The translations under genes and the position numbers were made by a program. A stretch of 64,000 nt of DNA from Candidatus Woesearchaeota archaeon (GTDB lineage: Archaea; Nanobdellota; Nanobdellia; SCGC-AAA011-G17; VGLX01): contig CAYSAF010000002.1 of assembly GCA_964428965.1 (NCBI GenBank), forward strand, positions 20,985 through 84,984, read 5' to 3'. The notes under the pieces were generated by a model, which was not told where the DNA came from, made no database searches, and saw nothing but the letters and a program-made list of their open reading frames with translations. Positions 47,041-56,819 of the stretch are shown here, piece after piece (position 1 is the first letter of the stretch; each line of letters starts with the position of its first letter).

Positions 47041-48190
47041 CATAATATTTTTTCTTGTTGGAGTTGAACAGGTATGCCCGTATTAGTTTCTTTTGTTGCA
47101 ATACCTTTAAGTTTATGCAGGCTGTAGCAGGGTCAAGATTGAGTTGTTTTGCAATACCCCTCACGTGCCTTACACTATCTTTTCCTGTTGTATTTGCTAG
47201 GTATAAAAGGATTTTAGTTTGAACGTCAGATAGACCTTTTGAATTCCTTCTCTAAGCCTTCAGACTGCCTTATAAGTTCTTGGTTCCAACGATGTTTCTG
47301 CCACCTAAAATTCCAATCCTTTAAGGTTTCATTCTCTTTCTGAAGCGTATTTAACTGCTCTTTCAATCGAATAAGTTCCTTATCTTTCATTCCCAACATT
47401 TGTCTGAGTTCATACGAACTCATAAGCCTAGACGTGTCCATAAAACAAGATAGGTCCTAAGAACTATAAAAGAATTGTTATAATAGAATGGAATATACCC
47501 AAAAAGAATAAAAACTCAACAACCTTCTAAAAACAAAATAAAAGAGTAGGAGGTTTTAAAATGGCATATAAAGACCCTAAGACATTTAGAGGTGAATTCA
47601 GAAAACAAATGAGTGGGGATGGAAGGAAGAATTTTGACACTTCCTTGCGTGAAACTCTATTTGGTAAGAAGGGTAAAGGGAAGAGAAGTAAGAAAGAAGA
47701 TTGATAAAAAGATTAGTTAGAGGGGCATAACGTTTTTTATCTTACTGACATTATTAATCTTATTAATTGTGTGAAAAATAATAAAGTCCCGATTGTTCCT
47801 GCTACACCCAAAATAAACCACGCAACTTTTATGTATTCGTCTCTTGCCCTTATACCTGAAATCCAACCAAGTATTCCAGCAGACATAGAAATAACCAACA
47901 AAAACGCTTTTTCATATATTAAATCATTCATTTGTTGTGTAGTTAGTTGGACAACTGCTTGTTCTATGCTCATATATTATCAATGTATTAGAAGAAGGGC
48001 TTTGTTAAAAAGCCTTCCTTTTTTACACTTAAATTGTTAAGATAAACATATAGAGCCACAGCTATAGTTTTAGCAATTTTTGGACTTATAGTGCTTCTTA
48101 TAGCAATAAGGCAAAAGTTATAATAAAATACTTACTAGAATCGAGATTGACAACAGACAAAAACTAAAAACCGAAAAGTTTATAAATAAT

Positions 48191-48448
48191 GTGTGTGTAT
48201 CTAATTACACACAAAATAAAATGAAACCTACAAAAAATGAAATTTTAGAACGTTTAGGAAGAATAAATGAAGAAATTAGTTCTTTAAACAAGCTACTCAA
48301 AAAATATGCCAAAGGGAATAATGAAAGTTTTAGATGCGAAAAATGTAATTCTTCATTTGTTTATATTAGAAGAAAAGATAAAAAACTTCTTTGTAGAAAA
48401 TGTGGGAGTATACAGGATATTAAGATAGATGAGATAGAAAATGATTGA
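48191..48448 (+). CDS. Small zinc-ribbon protein
   Basis: 'FRCEKCNSSFVY...LLCRKCGSIQD' has two CxxC pairs. It lies just upstream of the Mrr-like gene. Confidence 0.45.
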   Translation: MCVSNYTQNKMKPTKNEILERLGRINEEISSLNKLLKKYAKGNNESFRCEKCNSSFVYIRRKDKKLLCRKCGSIQDIKIDEIEND

Positions 48449-49526
48449 TGAAGATAGAGATAGGAGAGGGAATTCTCTTGAAAATGAGATAAATGATATG
48501 TTTAGGAGAATTGGTTTTAATACCGAAGTGCGTTCTAAAAAATTTGAATTTCAAGGTATCCCCGAAGCAGACGTTATTGCAACTAGAGGGGACTTTATGA
48601 TTCTGATACAAGCAAAAAGATATGACGAAAGTCAAATAGATATAGACAAGCTTATAGATGAATGGAAAAATAAAGGCGAAAAAGTTGGAGCAGATAGAGT
48701 TTTAATTATTATTACAGGACATAAGAATATTAAGGAAGATTATATAAGAAAGGCAAAACAGAAAGGAGTTTATTTATGGAATGAGAATTATTGGAGACAC
48801 CTTCAAAGTCTAGACTCTATAAATTTATCTCTTGAAGTAGGAAAAACCCTAAAAATCGAAGAGGTTTTGGATTATATTACAAAAAAAGAGAAAAATGAAT
48901 TAAAAGAAGTTAAGGAGCAAATTAAAGAAATAAAAAATTCAAGAATAAAAGACGAAATATATGCTGAATTAGAAAAGATTGATTTTAGCGAGGATACAAA
49001 GAGAGATATTCAACTTAGAAAAATAGAAAATAAAATAATTTTGTATAAGGAGAAAGAAATAGAGAACGAGGTTAAAGACAAAACAGAGGATATTGAGTTA
49101 GAAGAAATATTTAGAAAAATTAATGATGCTAAACTAGATAATCATAAGAAATATGCAGTCTTGGATAAAATCAGTAAAAAGATAAATTTGTCTACAAAAT
49201 CTAAAAGTATTATTGATTGGGAAGAAATAGGGACTTGGATAAAAAAGCTTCAGGAAGAAGCAGATACTGAAAATTGGGGGGATGATAAATACATCTCTAT
49301 AGAAAAATTAATGACTGAAGGAAAACTTTCGGAAAAAGATAAAGAACAAATCCAAGAAAAAATTAAGGGGTTAGGATTGAGTAAAAAAGGATACACCGAA
49401 GCAGAAAAAATAAAAATTGACGATATAATAAAAAGAGCAATTTTTAAGAAGAAACTATATAAACTTTTAATCAGAGTTGGTATTTTAGTTATAATCGCTT
49501 TTATTCTTTGGAGGATTTTATTTTAA
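48441..49526 (+). CDS. Mrr-like PD-(D/E)xK restriction-endonuclease catalytic domain fused to a long Lys/Glu-rich coiled-coil region and a C-terminal TM anchor
   Basis: 'GIPEADVIATRGDFMILIQAKRYDES' resembles the Mrr_cat pattern 'DG(V/I)...IYVQAKRW'. The middle is KE-rich. The C-terminus is 'LLIRVGILVIIAFILWRILF'. Confidence 0.5.
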   Translation: MIDEDRDRRGNSLENEINDMFRRIGFNTEVRSKKFEFQGIPEADVIATRGDFMILIQAKRYDESQIDIDKLIDEWKNKGEKVGADRVLIIITGHKNIKEDYIRKAKQKGVYLWNENYWRHLQSLDSINLSLEVGKTLKIEEVLDYITKKEKNELKEVKEQIKEIKNSRIKDEIYAELEKIDFSEDTKRDIQLRKIENKIILYKEKEIENEVKDKTEDIELEEIFRKINDAKLDNHKKYAVLDKISKKINLSTKSKSIIDWEEIGTWIKKLQEEADTENWGDDKYISIEKLMTEGKLSEKDKEQIQEKIKGLGLSKKGYTEAEKIKIDDIIKRAIFKKKLYKLLIRVGILVIIAFILWRILF

Positions 49527-49529
49527 AAA

Positions 49530-50411
49530 ATGAAAATTTTCAATTTTATTTTACTTGTTTTTTTAATATCCTCTCTTACTAGTTTAGTTTCAGCTCAAAA
49601 TGCTCTAAATTGCCAATATAAAGATAAACAAGATACTGGTCAAACTATTACATATTTGCAAGATAATGAAGGGAATAACTACACTAATCCTATAGAGGTC
49701 AGAGATTTTGTTTCAACACAAAGATGCCCCTATACAGCTGGTTGTGCTGGTGGTGTCCCTTGTAGTTGTAAAATTTCCTTTGTAGTCAGAAATTTAATCA
49801 ACAAACAGGTTACTTTAAAAATACAATATACGATTACACACAGCAGAATAAATGGGTATAGTGTGCAAAGCACTGTAATCCATAACGATGCTAAAGAAAT
49901 AAACATAGACCCTTTATCTAATTATCTCGTTCAAGGGGAGTATTCTGATGATACAATAGGATGTAACGACCAAGAATGTTCTGTGAATACAGATTCGATA
50001 AGGTATTCTTTTATATCAAATGACGAAACTACAAGCAAAACAGACAAAGTCTACCAAGACATTTGTAAAATGTGCGGAGACAAAATATGCTTAAATGATG
50101 GGGAGAAATGTGCAAATGATTATGAATGTGGCTCTGCCACCTGTAACATTGCAGGACTTTGCGGTAAAGAGAAAGTTATTGATTGTCCTATTGGATTGAA
50201 AAATTGCAATAACCAAAGTTGTTTAAAACCTTCTACTATAAGAAACGGGGAGAAATATCTTTGTGAATGGGAATGTAAAGGTGGTGTTGGAGAAGCAGGG
50301 CTTTGTAAACAATCTTTAAAAGAACTAATCTTAAAAGGATTATTTATCCTTACTTTTTTAATATTGCTTATAGGAATTACTTATTATACATTAAGAAAAC
50401 AAACGCAGTAG
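49530..50411 (+). CDS. Secreted Cys-rich protein with a signal peptide and a C-terminal TM anchor; hypothetical
   Basis: 'MKIFNFILLVFLISSLTSLVSA'. There are about 26 Cys, including 'CGDKICLNDGEKCANDYECGSATCNIAGLCG'. The C-terminus is 'LFILTFLILLIGITYY'. Confidence 0.5.
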   Translation: MKIFNFILLVFLISSLTSLVSAQNALNCQYKDKQDTGQTITYLQDNEGNNYTNPIEVRDFVSTQRCPYTAGCAGGVPCSCKISFVVRNLINKQVTLKIQYTITHSRINGYSVQSTVIHNDAKEINIDPLSNYLVQGEYSDDTIGCNDQECSVNTDSIRYSFISNDETTSKTDKVYQDICKMCGDKICLNDGEKCANDYECGSATCNIAGLCGKEKVIDCPIGLKNCNNQSCLKPSTIRNGEKYLCEWECKGGVGEAGLCKQSLKELILKGLFILTFLILLIGITYYTLRKQTQ

Positions 50412-50433
50412 GTAAAAATTGATTACAGAATAA

Positions 50434-50874
50434 TTATTTAATTGCCATAATATACATCTCAATTATTTTCTTTTCATTCTTCATTGCTTGTAATAATATC
50501 GTAGCTTCCTCACCAAGAAGGTGTGCAAATACAGCCTGTATGTGAGTAACTTCCTCTAACCCATATTTTGATGGTATTTTGACACCAACAATTACCCCTC
50601 TTGTTGTGCTCAACTCCATTTTAACAAGTTTTTTAATTAGCCCCACTAAATTACTTGCCCTTATAAAAACAAGAGTGCCTATCCTATCCTCGACCAAGTG
50701 ATACGCATCGCTATTATCGAAACCTAAAAGACCCCAACTGAACACGTTTTTTAACCACCCCTGAAAGTGCTTATGCCTGTAAAGTTCATTGAAATTCTTT
50801 AAACGTTTCAGGTGGTCAAGTATTATTTCAGGTGGAGCTGTTAGGTTATACTTACCCTGTCTCATTCTTTTCAC
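50434..50874 (-). CDS. Hypothetical protein of 146 aa
   Basis: It is an ORF in an operon-like arrangement with 50852..51745. I recognise no motif. Confidence 0.35.
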   Translation of the reverse strand: MKRMRQGKYNLTAPPEIILDHLKRLKNFNELYRHKHFQGWLKNVFSWGLLGFDNSDAYHLVEDRIGTLVFIRASNLVGLIKKLVKMELSTTRGVIVGVKIPSKYGLEEVTHIQAVFAHLLGEEATILLQAMKNEKKIIEMYIMAIK

Positions 50875-51745
50875 CTCGGAATTTAGTTATTTTTTCCTTG
50901 CAAAATCCTTCTACTTCCTTAGCATCCTTGAATGAACATTCGTCCTCACGCCTTAGAAACTCTTTAATGAGATAAAGCAGTTCGTCATGCCCCCCAGCAG
51001 TAATCTCCAATGATGGAGCAGGCGGAGAAAAGTCAATGCTCACATAATCCCCTTTAAATTTATCCTGCCTTTTAAAGTGCTCAAGAGCAATCCTGTGGTT
51101 AATAAATGTGAATTCTTTGAAACCTATCCGCCCAATAAGGCGGAAATTTTGTGAATGTTGGTTTATATTTGTGTAATCTACACCTATTGGGGCATCAAAC
51201 TCCCTTTCCATAAATGATATTATCTCCTCTAGTATATTCAGAACGTGGCATAGACCTGCTCCTTCCAACTCAATAAAGCGGGGGAAGTATACACCAAAGC
51301 ATTTAGGAGAGAAAACAACTATCTTAAGTGATGGAAAATTTACTTTAGTAAATGCAAAAATCCTATTTTTAAATTCCTCATATTTGCACCTACGCAGCAC
51401 ATCTCTAGTTAGTATAGTGGCATAATAACCCTCAAAGTGTATGTATTTCAATTGACCTTTTTCCGCTAATGACAACACCAACCCTGCTTTCTTTGCCATT
51501 TCAGGAGATGTAAAAACATTATATCTATCGATTATATCCCCCTTCTTTAGTTTTTGTAAGTAATACCTTGTTGTCCTTTCTCTCCATCCTAATTCCAAGG
51601 CAAGTTCCTTAGATGTCACTTTCCTAGTGTCCTTGACATTGTAATACCACTTAAATAGAGCCTGTAACAGACCCACTAACCTAGTAGGAGAACGGCAATG
51701 ATTTATGGCAAAGTCCACTAAGTCCCCAGGCTTACTTTTTCTCAT
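50852..51745 (-). CDS. wHTH-containing protein of 297 aa. It may be a replication or regulatory protein of the island.
   Basis: 'SKELALELGWRERTTRYYLQKLKKGDIIDRY' is a winged-helix-like segment. Confidence 0.35.
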   Translation of the reverse strand: MRKSKPGDLVDFAINHCRSPTRLVGLLQALFKWYYNVKDTRKVTSKELALELGWRERTTRYYLQKLKKGDIIDRYNVFTSPEMAKKAGLVLSLAEKGQLKYIHFEGYYATILTRDVLRRCKYEEFKNRIFAFTKVNFPSLKIVVFSPKCFGVYFPRFIELEGAGLCHVLNILEEIISFMEREFDAPIGVDYTNINQHSQNFRLIGRIGFKEFTFINHRIALEHFKRQDKFKGDYVSIDFSPPAPSLEITAGGHDELLYLIKEFLRREDECSFKDAKEVEGFCKEKITKFRGEKNETG

Positions 51746-51746
51746 T

Positions 51747-52139
51747 TTACGAAGCCTTCTCCAAGAATATTACATTCCTGTTGTTGCCATCCTTACAGAT
51801 TGAATACTTTACTAGCACCCTACCTTTCTGACCTACCACTATCCTCGTAAGAAGCTTCGGAATGGGTATATAAGAACACATACACCCATTTTTCTTGATA
51901 TGATACACTTTGTAGGGTTTAAGTTCATAATTCTCAGGTGGAGTAAAATAGAAAGCCAAACCCTCTCTGCCATCCCAATTTGCTACAACAGGGAACACCT
52001 GCTTTGGTTTATTCAGAACCTCGCTCATAATGATTTGTGGCACATACAACGTATAGTTGTTGCCTGAACGATACAACTTTGCTATCTCCCCTTCTACCGC
52101 ATCAACGAAAAGATATACATCTCGCATATTACCTTCCAC
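51747..52139 (-). CDS. Hypothetical protein of 130 aa
   Basis: It is an ORF directly upstream of 50852..51745 and co-oriented with it. Confidence 0.35.
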   Translation of the reverse strand: MEGNMRDVYLFVDAVEGEIAKLYRSGNNYTLYVPQIIMSEVLNKPKQVFPVVANWDGREGLAFYFTPPENYELKPYKVYHIKKNGCMCSYIPIPKLLTRIVVGQKGRVLVKYSICKDGNNRNVIFLEKAS

Positions 52140-52451
52140 AAGGGTGCTCGTAGAATTAGCAAATAAGCCAACTCCTCGTGATGTTCGGCAAAATGCGTGC
52201 CCAATTGTATTACCTGAGTAACCCTAATTGTGTTTTTTACTATTTTTATTACAAGCTACACTACTATTTAAAATTTATCAAAGTGTAGTATCTACCAAGT
52301 AATGAAACAACAACAATATTTTCAGGACAAGTCAAAAGGCATTTGTCAACAAAGTTTAAATACAACCACTAACTTATATAACTCCATTACTAACAAAACA
52401 GGAAAAAAGGCACAGAATAAGCAACCTTTATCTTGGCAGTAAGGAGTAGTA

Positions 52452-53201
52452 TTAGTCAGAATCCACCCTCGGAGCGAGAATGAAGGAAAGAAGAAGCTTA
52501 TCCATAACCTTGTAGTCAACTCTTAATGGGTATTCTTCGCTGAACTGGATAACAGCCGTGTCAGAAAGCTTAGCCCCCTTAACAATCTTCTTCAAATACT
52601 CTATGCTGTACTTAGCCAAGATTTTTTCCTTCTTATTCGTATTTATAACAGCACCCTCTCCCCTCGGAATCTCCACGTTAGCAGCATTGAACCTTCCCTC
52701 AGAGGTTATAGTGAGCTTGTCAGGCTCGGCAAGCAGGGCAACAGACTCTGCAACGATGTCCATGTCCTCGATATACTCGTTAAACATAGCTGAAGGAATC
52801 TCAGCCTTGACGTTAAACTTCAGGTCAGGAATCTTCTGCTCAGACTCATCGATGTCAATCAAGGAAAGGTTAAATGTTTTGTTGCTCTCACCCCTTATGT
52901 TAATCTTGAGCTTGTTGTTCTTAGAATCAAGCTCCAAATGCAAAGTATCGTTAGGCTTAACCCTCTTAAGAATCTGATCTAGGTTATCAAGGTTAACTGA
53001 AAACGAAACTGGCTTATCAACCTTGTAGTCAACAAAAGCAGAAGACACAATCTTAAACATCACCATAGCAACGTTGGCAGGATCCATAGCAATCAACTCC
53101 ATCTTATCAGCGTCAGCCTTAAAAGTAACCTCGTTAACCAAATCGGAAATTATAGAAACACTCTCTTTTAACAACCTAGGTTCTGCCAACACAAACTTCA
53201 T
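52452..53201 (-). CDS. pcn: DNA polymerase sliding clamp PCNA
   Basis: It is 249 aa. 'MKFVLAEPRLLKESVSIISDLVNEVTFKADADKMELIAMDPANVAMV' and 'AKYSIEYLKKIVKGAKLSDTAVIQFSEEYPLRVDYKV' are classic archaeal PCNA blocks. Confidence 0.85.
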   Translation of the reverse strand: MKFVLAEPRLLKESVSIISDLVNEVTFKADADKMELIAMDPANVAMVMFKIVSSAFVDYKVDKPVSFSVNLDNLDQILKRVKPNDTLHLELDSKNNKLKINIRGESNKTFNLSLIDIDESEQKIPDLKFNVKAEIPSAMFNEYIEDMDIVAESVALLAEPDKLTITSEGRFNAANVEIPRGEGAVINTNKKEKILAKYSIEYLKKIVKGAKLSDTAVIQFSEEYPLRVDYKVMDKLLLSFILAPRVDSD

Positions 53202-53257
53202 ACTAAATCACCAAACTCCAGCTGATATATAATGTTTTTGGTAGTAAAACACAATAA

Positions 53258-53698
53258 TTAAAACATCCTCGTACTACGAACAAGGAAAGCATCAACAATC
53301 AAATAAATTCCGTAAAAAACGAGAAGGCCGTACAACACAACAGAGGGTATGTTGAGAGCAACTATAAAAGGAAGGAAATTCAACAGCTTAAGATGGATTG
53401 CGAGGGGGATAGCACCTATAACGGCAAGCAAGAACCCTGCAAGGACAGAAGTCCCCTTAACACGGCCGGTCATCATGCTGCGAATAGCAAAGGAGTCATA
53501 AAGAAGGAAAATACCTCCGATGAAAAGGGCCACCTTTACGATTAAATCATAAACCCCCAAGTCAATGGTATCCAAACCAGGGATAACTATGTTAACAAAT
53601 TTCAGCAAAGGCAAAACTCCGATCAGTATGCAAATAGCGCCGATAAACAAAGAAATCTTGCTGCGTGAAGAAGAGTAAGCCCAACCCCTTTTATTCAT
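53258..53698 (-). CDS. Small integral membrane protein with 4 TM; hypothetical
   Basis: Four hydrophobic helices. I recognise no motif. Confidence 0.4.
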   Translation of the reverse strand: MNKRGWAYSSSRSKISLFIGAICILIGVLPLLKFVNIVIPGLDTIDLGVYDLIVKVALFIGGIFLLYDSFAIRSMMTGRVKGTSVLAGFLLAVIGAIPLAIHLKLLNFLPFIVALNIPSVVLYGLLVFYGIYLIVDAFLVRSTRMF

Positions 53699-53702
53699 GT
53701 AA

Positions 53703-53999
53703 TCACCTGTTCATTAAGTCTTTAACTTTCTTATATAAAAGCTTATCGATTTTAGAAATATCCTGAAAAAAATCAGCCTGCAAACGCAAACCATCCTCGT
53801 AAAGCAGAATCCTGCCAAAAACACGAACGTACTCAGGCAAAGAATCTGCTTCGAGCAAAACAACTATCTCGCCAGAGCCGTCATCAAGAACGAAAGAGCC
53901 ATCAGCCTTAGAAACAACAACTCCAGAAAGGGAAACAAAAGTATCAGCTTCAGACAGGTCCTTGATGTACTTATCAACAAAAGGCTGCCTGGCTACCAT
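53703..53999 (-). CDS. Small OB-fold-like protein; hypothetical. The start is placed at the internal ATG that overlaps the TFS stop; the ORF extends to 54038.
   Basis: 'VSKADGSFVLDDGSGEIVVLLEADSLPEYVRVFGRILLYEDG' resembles OB-fold nucleic-acid-binding domains. Confidence 0.35.
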   Translation of the reverse strand: MVARQPFVDKYIKDLSEADTFVSLSGVVVSKADGSFVLDDGSGEIVVLLEADSLPEYVRVFGRILLYEDGLRLQADFFQDISKIDKLLYKKVKDLMNR

Positions 54000-54322
54000 C
54001 AGTTGTAAGCCCTCCACCTGTGCCTGCACTTGGTGCACTCAAAGAACCTTGTTTCTGCCTCGTCACCAGCCCTGGTCTGGACAGTCCAGAAATATGCCTC
54101 CATGTTACTACAATTCGGACACTCTTCACGAGTCTTCGGCAGTGTCTCTATCTTCCTGTCAACTATCTCAATCTGATCCTTCTTGTCGATGTTTACTTTC
54201 TCCTTGATAATTAAATCCTTACCCTTGGTCTTATAATCACAGTTGCTACAGACAAGGACAGCACCCTTCTTGCCGCTCTTTTTAGGCACCATAATAGCCT
54301 TACACTTCGGACAAAACATCAT
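53999..54322 (-). CDS. tfs: Transcription factor S / RNA polymerase subunit M (TFIIS-type zinc ribbon)
   Basis: N-terminal ribbon 'FCPKCKAIM...VCSNCDY'. C-terminal ribbon 'CPNCSNMEAYFWTVQTRAGDEAETRFFECTKCRHRW' carries the acidic DE loop. Confidence 0.85.
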   Translation of the reverse strand: MMFCPKCKAIMVPKKSGKKGAVLVCSNCDYKTKGKDLIIKEKVNIDKKDQIEIVDRKIETLPKTREECPNCSNMEAYFWTVQTRAGDEAETRFFECTKCRHRWRAYN

Positions 54323-54326
54323 ATAG

Positions 54327-54917
54327 TTAACCTCCCTTTATGGCGTTAATAAAATCGGTAAACCAAATCTTAACCCAACCAAGCAACGGAATCCTGAAGA
54401 CAGCCCTGCCAACAACGGTATCTTCTGAAACAGGCTGGGGATCAGGAACCCTGTTGGTCCTGTAGTTATCACCCTTAGTCGTAAAAAATAACTTGTTATT
54501 AACCTTTTCCTTCTTAACAACTCGGTGGATGATTGGCGGAACATTTGTGTTGGTGGAGTAAACAAGTATCTCACCAACGTCCAAGTCCTCTGGTTTAGTA
54601 CCTACTAAAAGCATTATGTCACCCTTGTCGAATCCGTTACGGAAATCAAAACCTTCAAAATTGGAAAGCTGAACACCGTTCTGCTCATACCAAGAATAGG
54701 CATTAGACCACCAGGAATTGAAACTGCCGTCATGCTCCATGCTACTTGAGACAACGGCAACAACAGGATAATTTGTACCGAGAACCAAACCGAGACCAGG
54801 ATAGATAACGAACTTGACGAGAATAAAGGCAAGGATTATGTTAACAATCCAAGAAAGAAGGGAATCCTCTTCCCAGAGAAAGTGCCAAACTCTCCTAACA
54901 GTCTTAGCAAAACTCAT
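54327..54917 (-). CDS. Signal peptidase I of the archaeal Sec11/S26 family
   Basis: N-terminal TM, then 'VVAVVSSSMEHDG' (SxSMEP-like catalytic Ser box) and 'GDIMLLVGTKPEDLDVGEILVY'. Confidence 0.7.
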   Translation of the reverse strand: MSFAKTVRRVWHFLWEEDSLLSWIVNIILAFILVKFVIYPGLGLVLGTNYPVVAVVSSSMEHDGSFNSWWSNAYSWYEQNGVQLSNFEGFDFRNGFDKGDIMLLVGTKPEDLDVGEILVYSTNTNVPPIIHRVVKKEKVNNKLFFTTKGDNYRTNRVPDPQPVSEDTVVGRAVFRIPLLGWVKIWFTDFINAIKGG

Positions 54918-54960
54918 CTCAACAAACTTAAAAACTTTAGGTTATAAATGTTTTGGTTTT

Positions 54961-55617
54961 TTAAACATAAACATAGGAAACAACGTTCTTAACGCTTGAA
55001 AAAGTAACTTCACCAAAACTACAGCTCTTGCAAGTAGGGTCAACAAAAACCCAATCACCCTCAGACTTGTAAAACTTAATTGCGTCAGGAAGATAAACCT
55101 GAACATAAGAGTGATCATTAGTAAGAGCAATTCTTGGGGTTATACCGACGGACTTAAGAAGCATGGCAAGCAAAACAGCCTGACCATCACAGTCAGAACT
55201 GCTGTCAAGCAGGACAGCCTCAGGGCTTTCTATGTAATCATACTTGGGGTCTGGAACGTAAACTATGTTGTCACGAACAAAATAGAAAAGAGCCTTGCTG
55301 TAACAAACATCGGAAACCTCAGAACAGGAAGAGGCAACCTTAGAAGAGACATGCTTAAGGAAAGGGGAAACTGACAATGACCTAACATCACCTATGCTCT
55401 GCAACTTCAAGGTATAATTACCAGAAGGAGCATCTGCCAAAACAGAAGACAAAGAAGGAACGTTAGAAGGCTTTGGATCTGACTTAAAACCGTAATAAGG
55501 GACCACCCAAAGAACCAGGATGAGCACTAAAAAAACCGCAACTATGTACCACAAAGGGCTGCGCTTCTTCTCAGATTCTTCAACCTTAATGTCATCAGGA
55601 ATAACGTATTCTTCCAT
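54961..55617 (-). CDS. Membrane-anchored transglutaminase-like (Cys protease fold) domain protein
   Basis: N-terminal TM 'LWYIVAVFLVLILVLWVVPYY'. Core 'SSSDCDGQAVLLAMLLKSVGI...HSYVQVYLPD...WVFVDP' shows the C/H/D triad order of transglutaminase-like domains. Confidence 0.45.
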   Translation of the reverse strand: MEEYVIPDDIKVEESEKKRSPLWYIVAVFLVLILVLWVVPYYGFKSDPKPSNVPSLSSVLADAPSGNYTLKLQSIGDVRSLSVSPFLKHVSSKVASSCSEVSDVCYSKALFYFVRDNIVYVPDPKYDYIESPEAVLLDSSSDCDGQAVLLAMLLKSVGITPRIALTNDHSYVQVYLPDAIKFYKSEGDWVFVDPTCKSCSFGEVTFSSVKNVVSYVYV

Positions 55618-55680
55618 AAAAGAATAAGCATGACAATATTAATATAAGGTTTTCCTTTAAACAACACCCGGCTTCTTCTA

Positions 55681-56157
55681 TTATGAAAGGTTTAAGTCAA
55701 GCTTATACCAAAGCATTTTAAGGTTGTTAGTTATCTTTTCTTTTTTTATTAGAACAAAACCCGCTTCTTTAAAGACTTTATTGTTTTCCATAAATTCGAA
55801 TGTATCTGTTTTTATGGATACAATACCTTTTTTCTTGCATTCATCTATAAAAATTTTAAGTAAAAGCTTTTTGTTTTTAATGTTACCCCCATTAATGTAT
55901 TGTATCATTGATGTTTTCGAGTCTTCTTTATATCCTACAATGAAACCTACCAATACTCCATTATGTATTGCTACAAAAGCTATCAAATTTGGATTTTCCA
56001 ACTCGTTCAGGATGTTCTCTTCTTTAGCATGTTCCCTAAATTGTAATATCATCTTTTGGGGAAATAAAGGATTTGGTTTTTCTAATTCAGTAAGCATCAA
56101 TCTTGATATTTCTTTTACATAATCTTTGTTGGGGGGTATTATCTTCATTTTTGACAC
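55681..56157 (-). CDS. GNAT-like acetyltransferase; putative
   Basis: 'LIAFVAIHNGVLVGFIVGY...KKGIVSIKTDTFEFMENNKVFKEAGF'. Confidence 0.4.
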   Translation of the reverse strand: MSKMKIIPPNKDYVKEISRLMLTELEKPNPLFPQKMILQFREHAKEENILNELENPNLIAFVAIHNGVLVGFIVGYKEDSKTSMIQYINGGNIKNKKLLLKIFIDECKKKGIVSIKTDTFEFMENNKVFKEAGFVLIKKEKITNNLKMLWYKLDLNLS

Positions 56158-56245
56158 CTTACCCTATCCTTCGTAATTTTATTTAGCTCTTCAGTTCCAA
56201 ATAAACTATAACATACACCTACACAAATAAATATAAGCCTTTCCC

Positions 56246-56818
56246 TTAAACAACACCAGGCTTCTCCTCAGAAAAAACCTGAGCCTGAAATTTATACACC
56301 TTGCAATTCTCCGTATCCTTCCAGGAATCCTCAGGCAGGTAAGCCTTCAAACAGGTGTGCCGAAGAAACTGCTCAGCACTCCAGCTATACTCAGAGGCAA
56401 CCACAGGAAGAAGCAAACCCCTGCTGGAACCGTCATCAACAATCAAGCCATCCTCCCCAACCTTTATCCTCTTAAGATAGTCGTCACAACTCCTGACCTT
56501 AACAAGTTCTGGATTCGTCAAGACTGAAACTTCAAACACAACCTTTCCAAGCTCATCCTTACTCAGGGGAGCAAACCTCGGATCTTGGAAGGCTGCAGCA
56601 AGAGCAGCTCTCTGCAATCCTTCGTTGAGAGAAAAAAAGGGTTCTGGAAAACCTATACAGCCACGAAGATCGTGAGAGGGATAAGAATGGATGGTTACAA
56701 AAACGCCACGCTTATCAGGAAAACCCTCAAGCCTGAAATTTTTATGTTCAAAATGAGCCGTTACAGAATCACGAGCAGCCCTCACGAGCTTCTTACCGTC
56801 TTTTTCAGAAAGCAGCAT
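56246..56818 (-). CDS. AMMECR1 domain protein
   Basis: The 'LRGCIGFPEP' signature is present. Length is 190 aa. Confidence 0.7.
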   Translation of the reverse strand: MLLSEKDGKKLVRAARDSVTAHFEHKNFRLEGFPDKRGVFVTIHSYPSHDLRGCIGFPEPFFSLNEGLQRAALAAAFQDPRFAPLSKDELGKVVFEVSVLTNPELVKVRSCDDYLKRIKVGEDGLIVDDGSSRGLLLPVVASEYSWSAEQFLRHTCLKAYLPEDSWKDTENCKVYKFQAQVFSEEKPGVV

Positions 56819-56819
56819 C

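Noticed and set aside
47226-47441. A 71-aa coiled-coil-like ORF (minus) in the island's non-coding stretch
   Set aside because: It has no start or RBS context and no recognisable motif. It lies between the repeat region and an unassigned gap. It may be a small regulator but is unsupported, so I did not list it as a feature.
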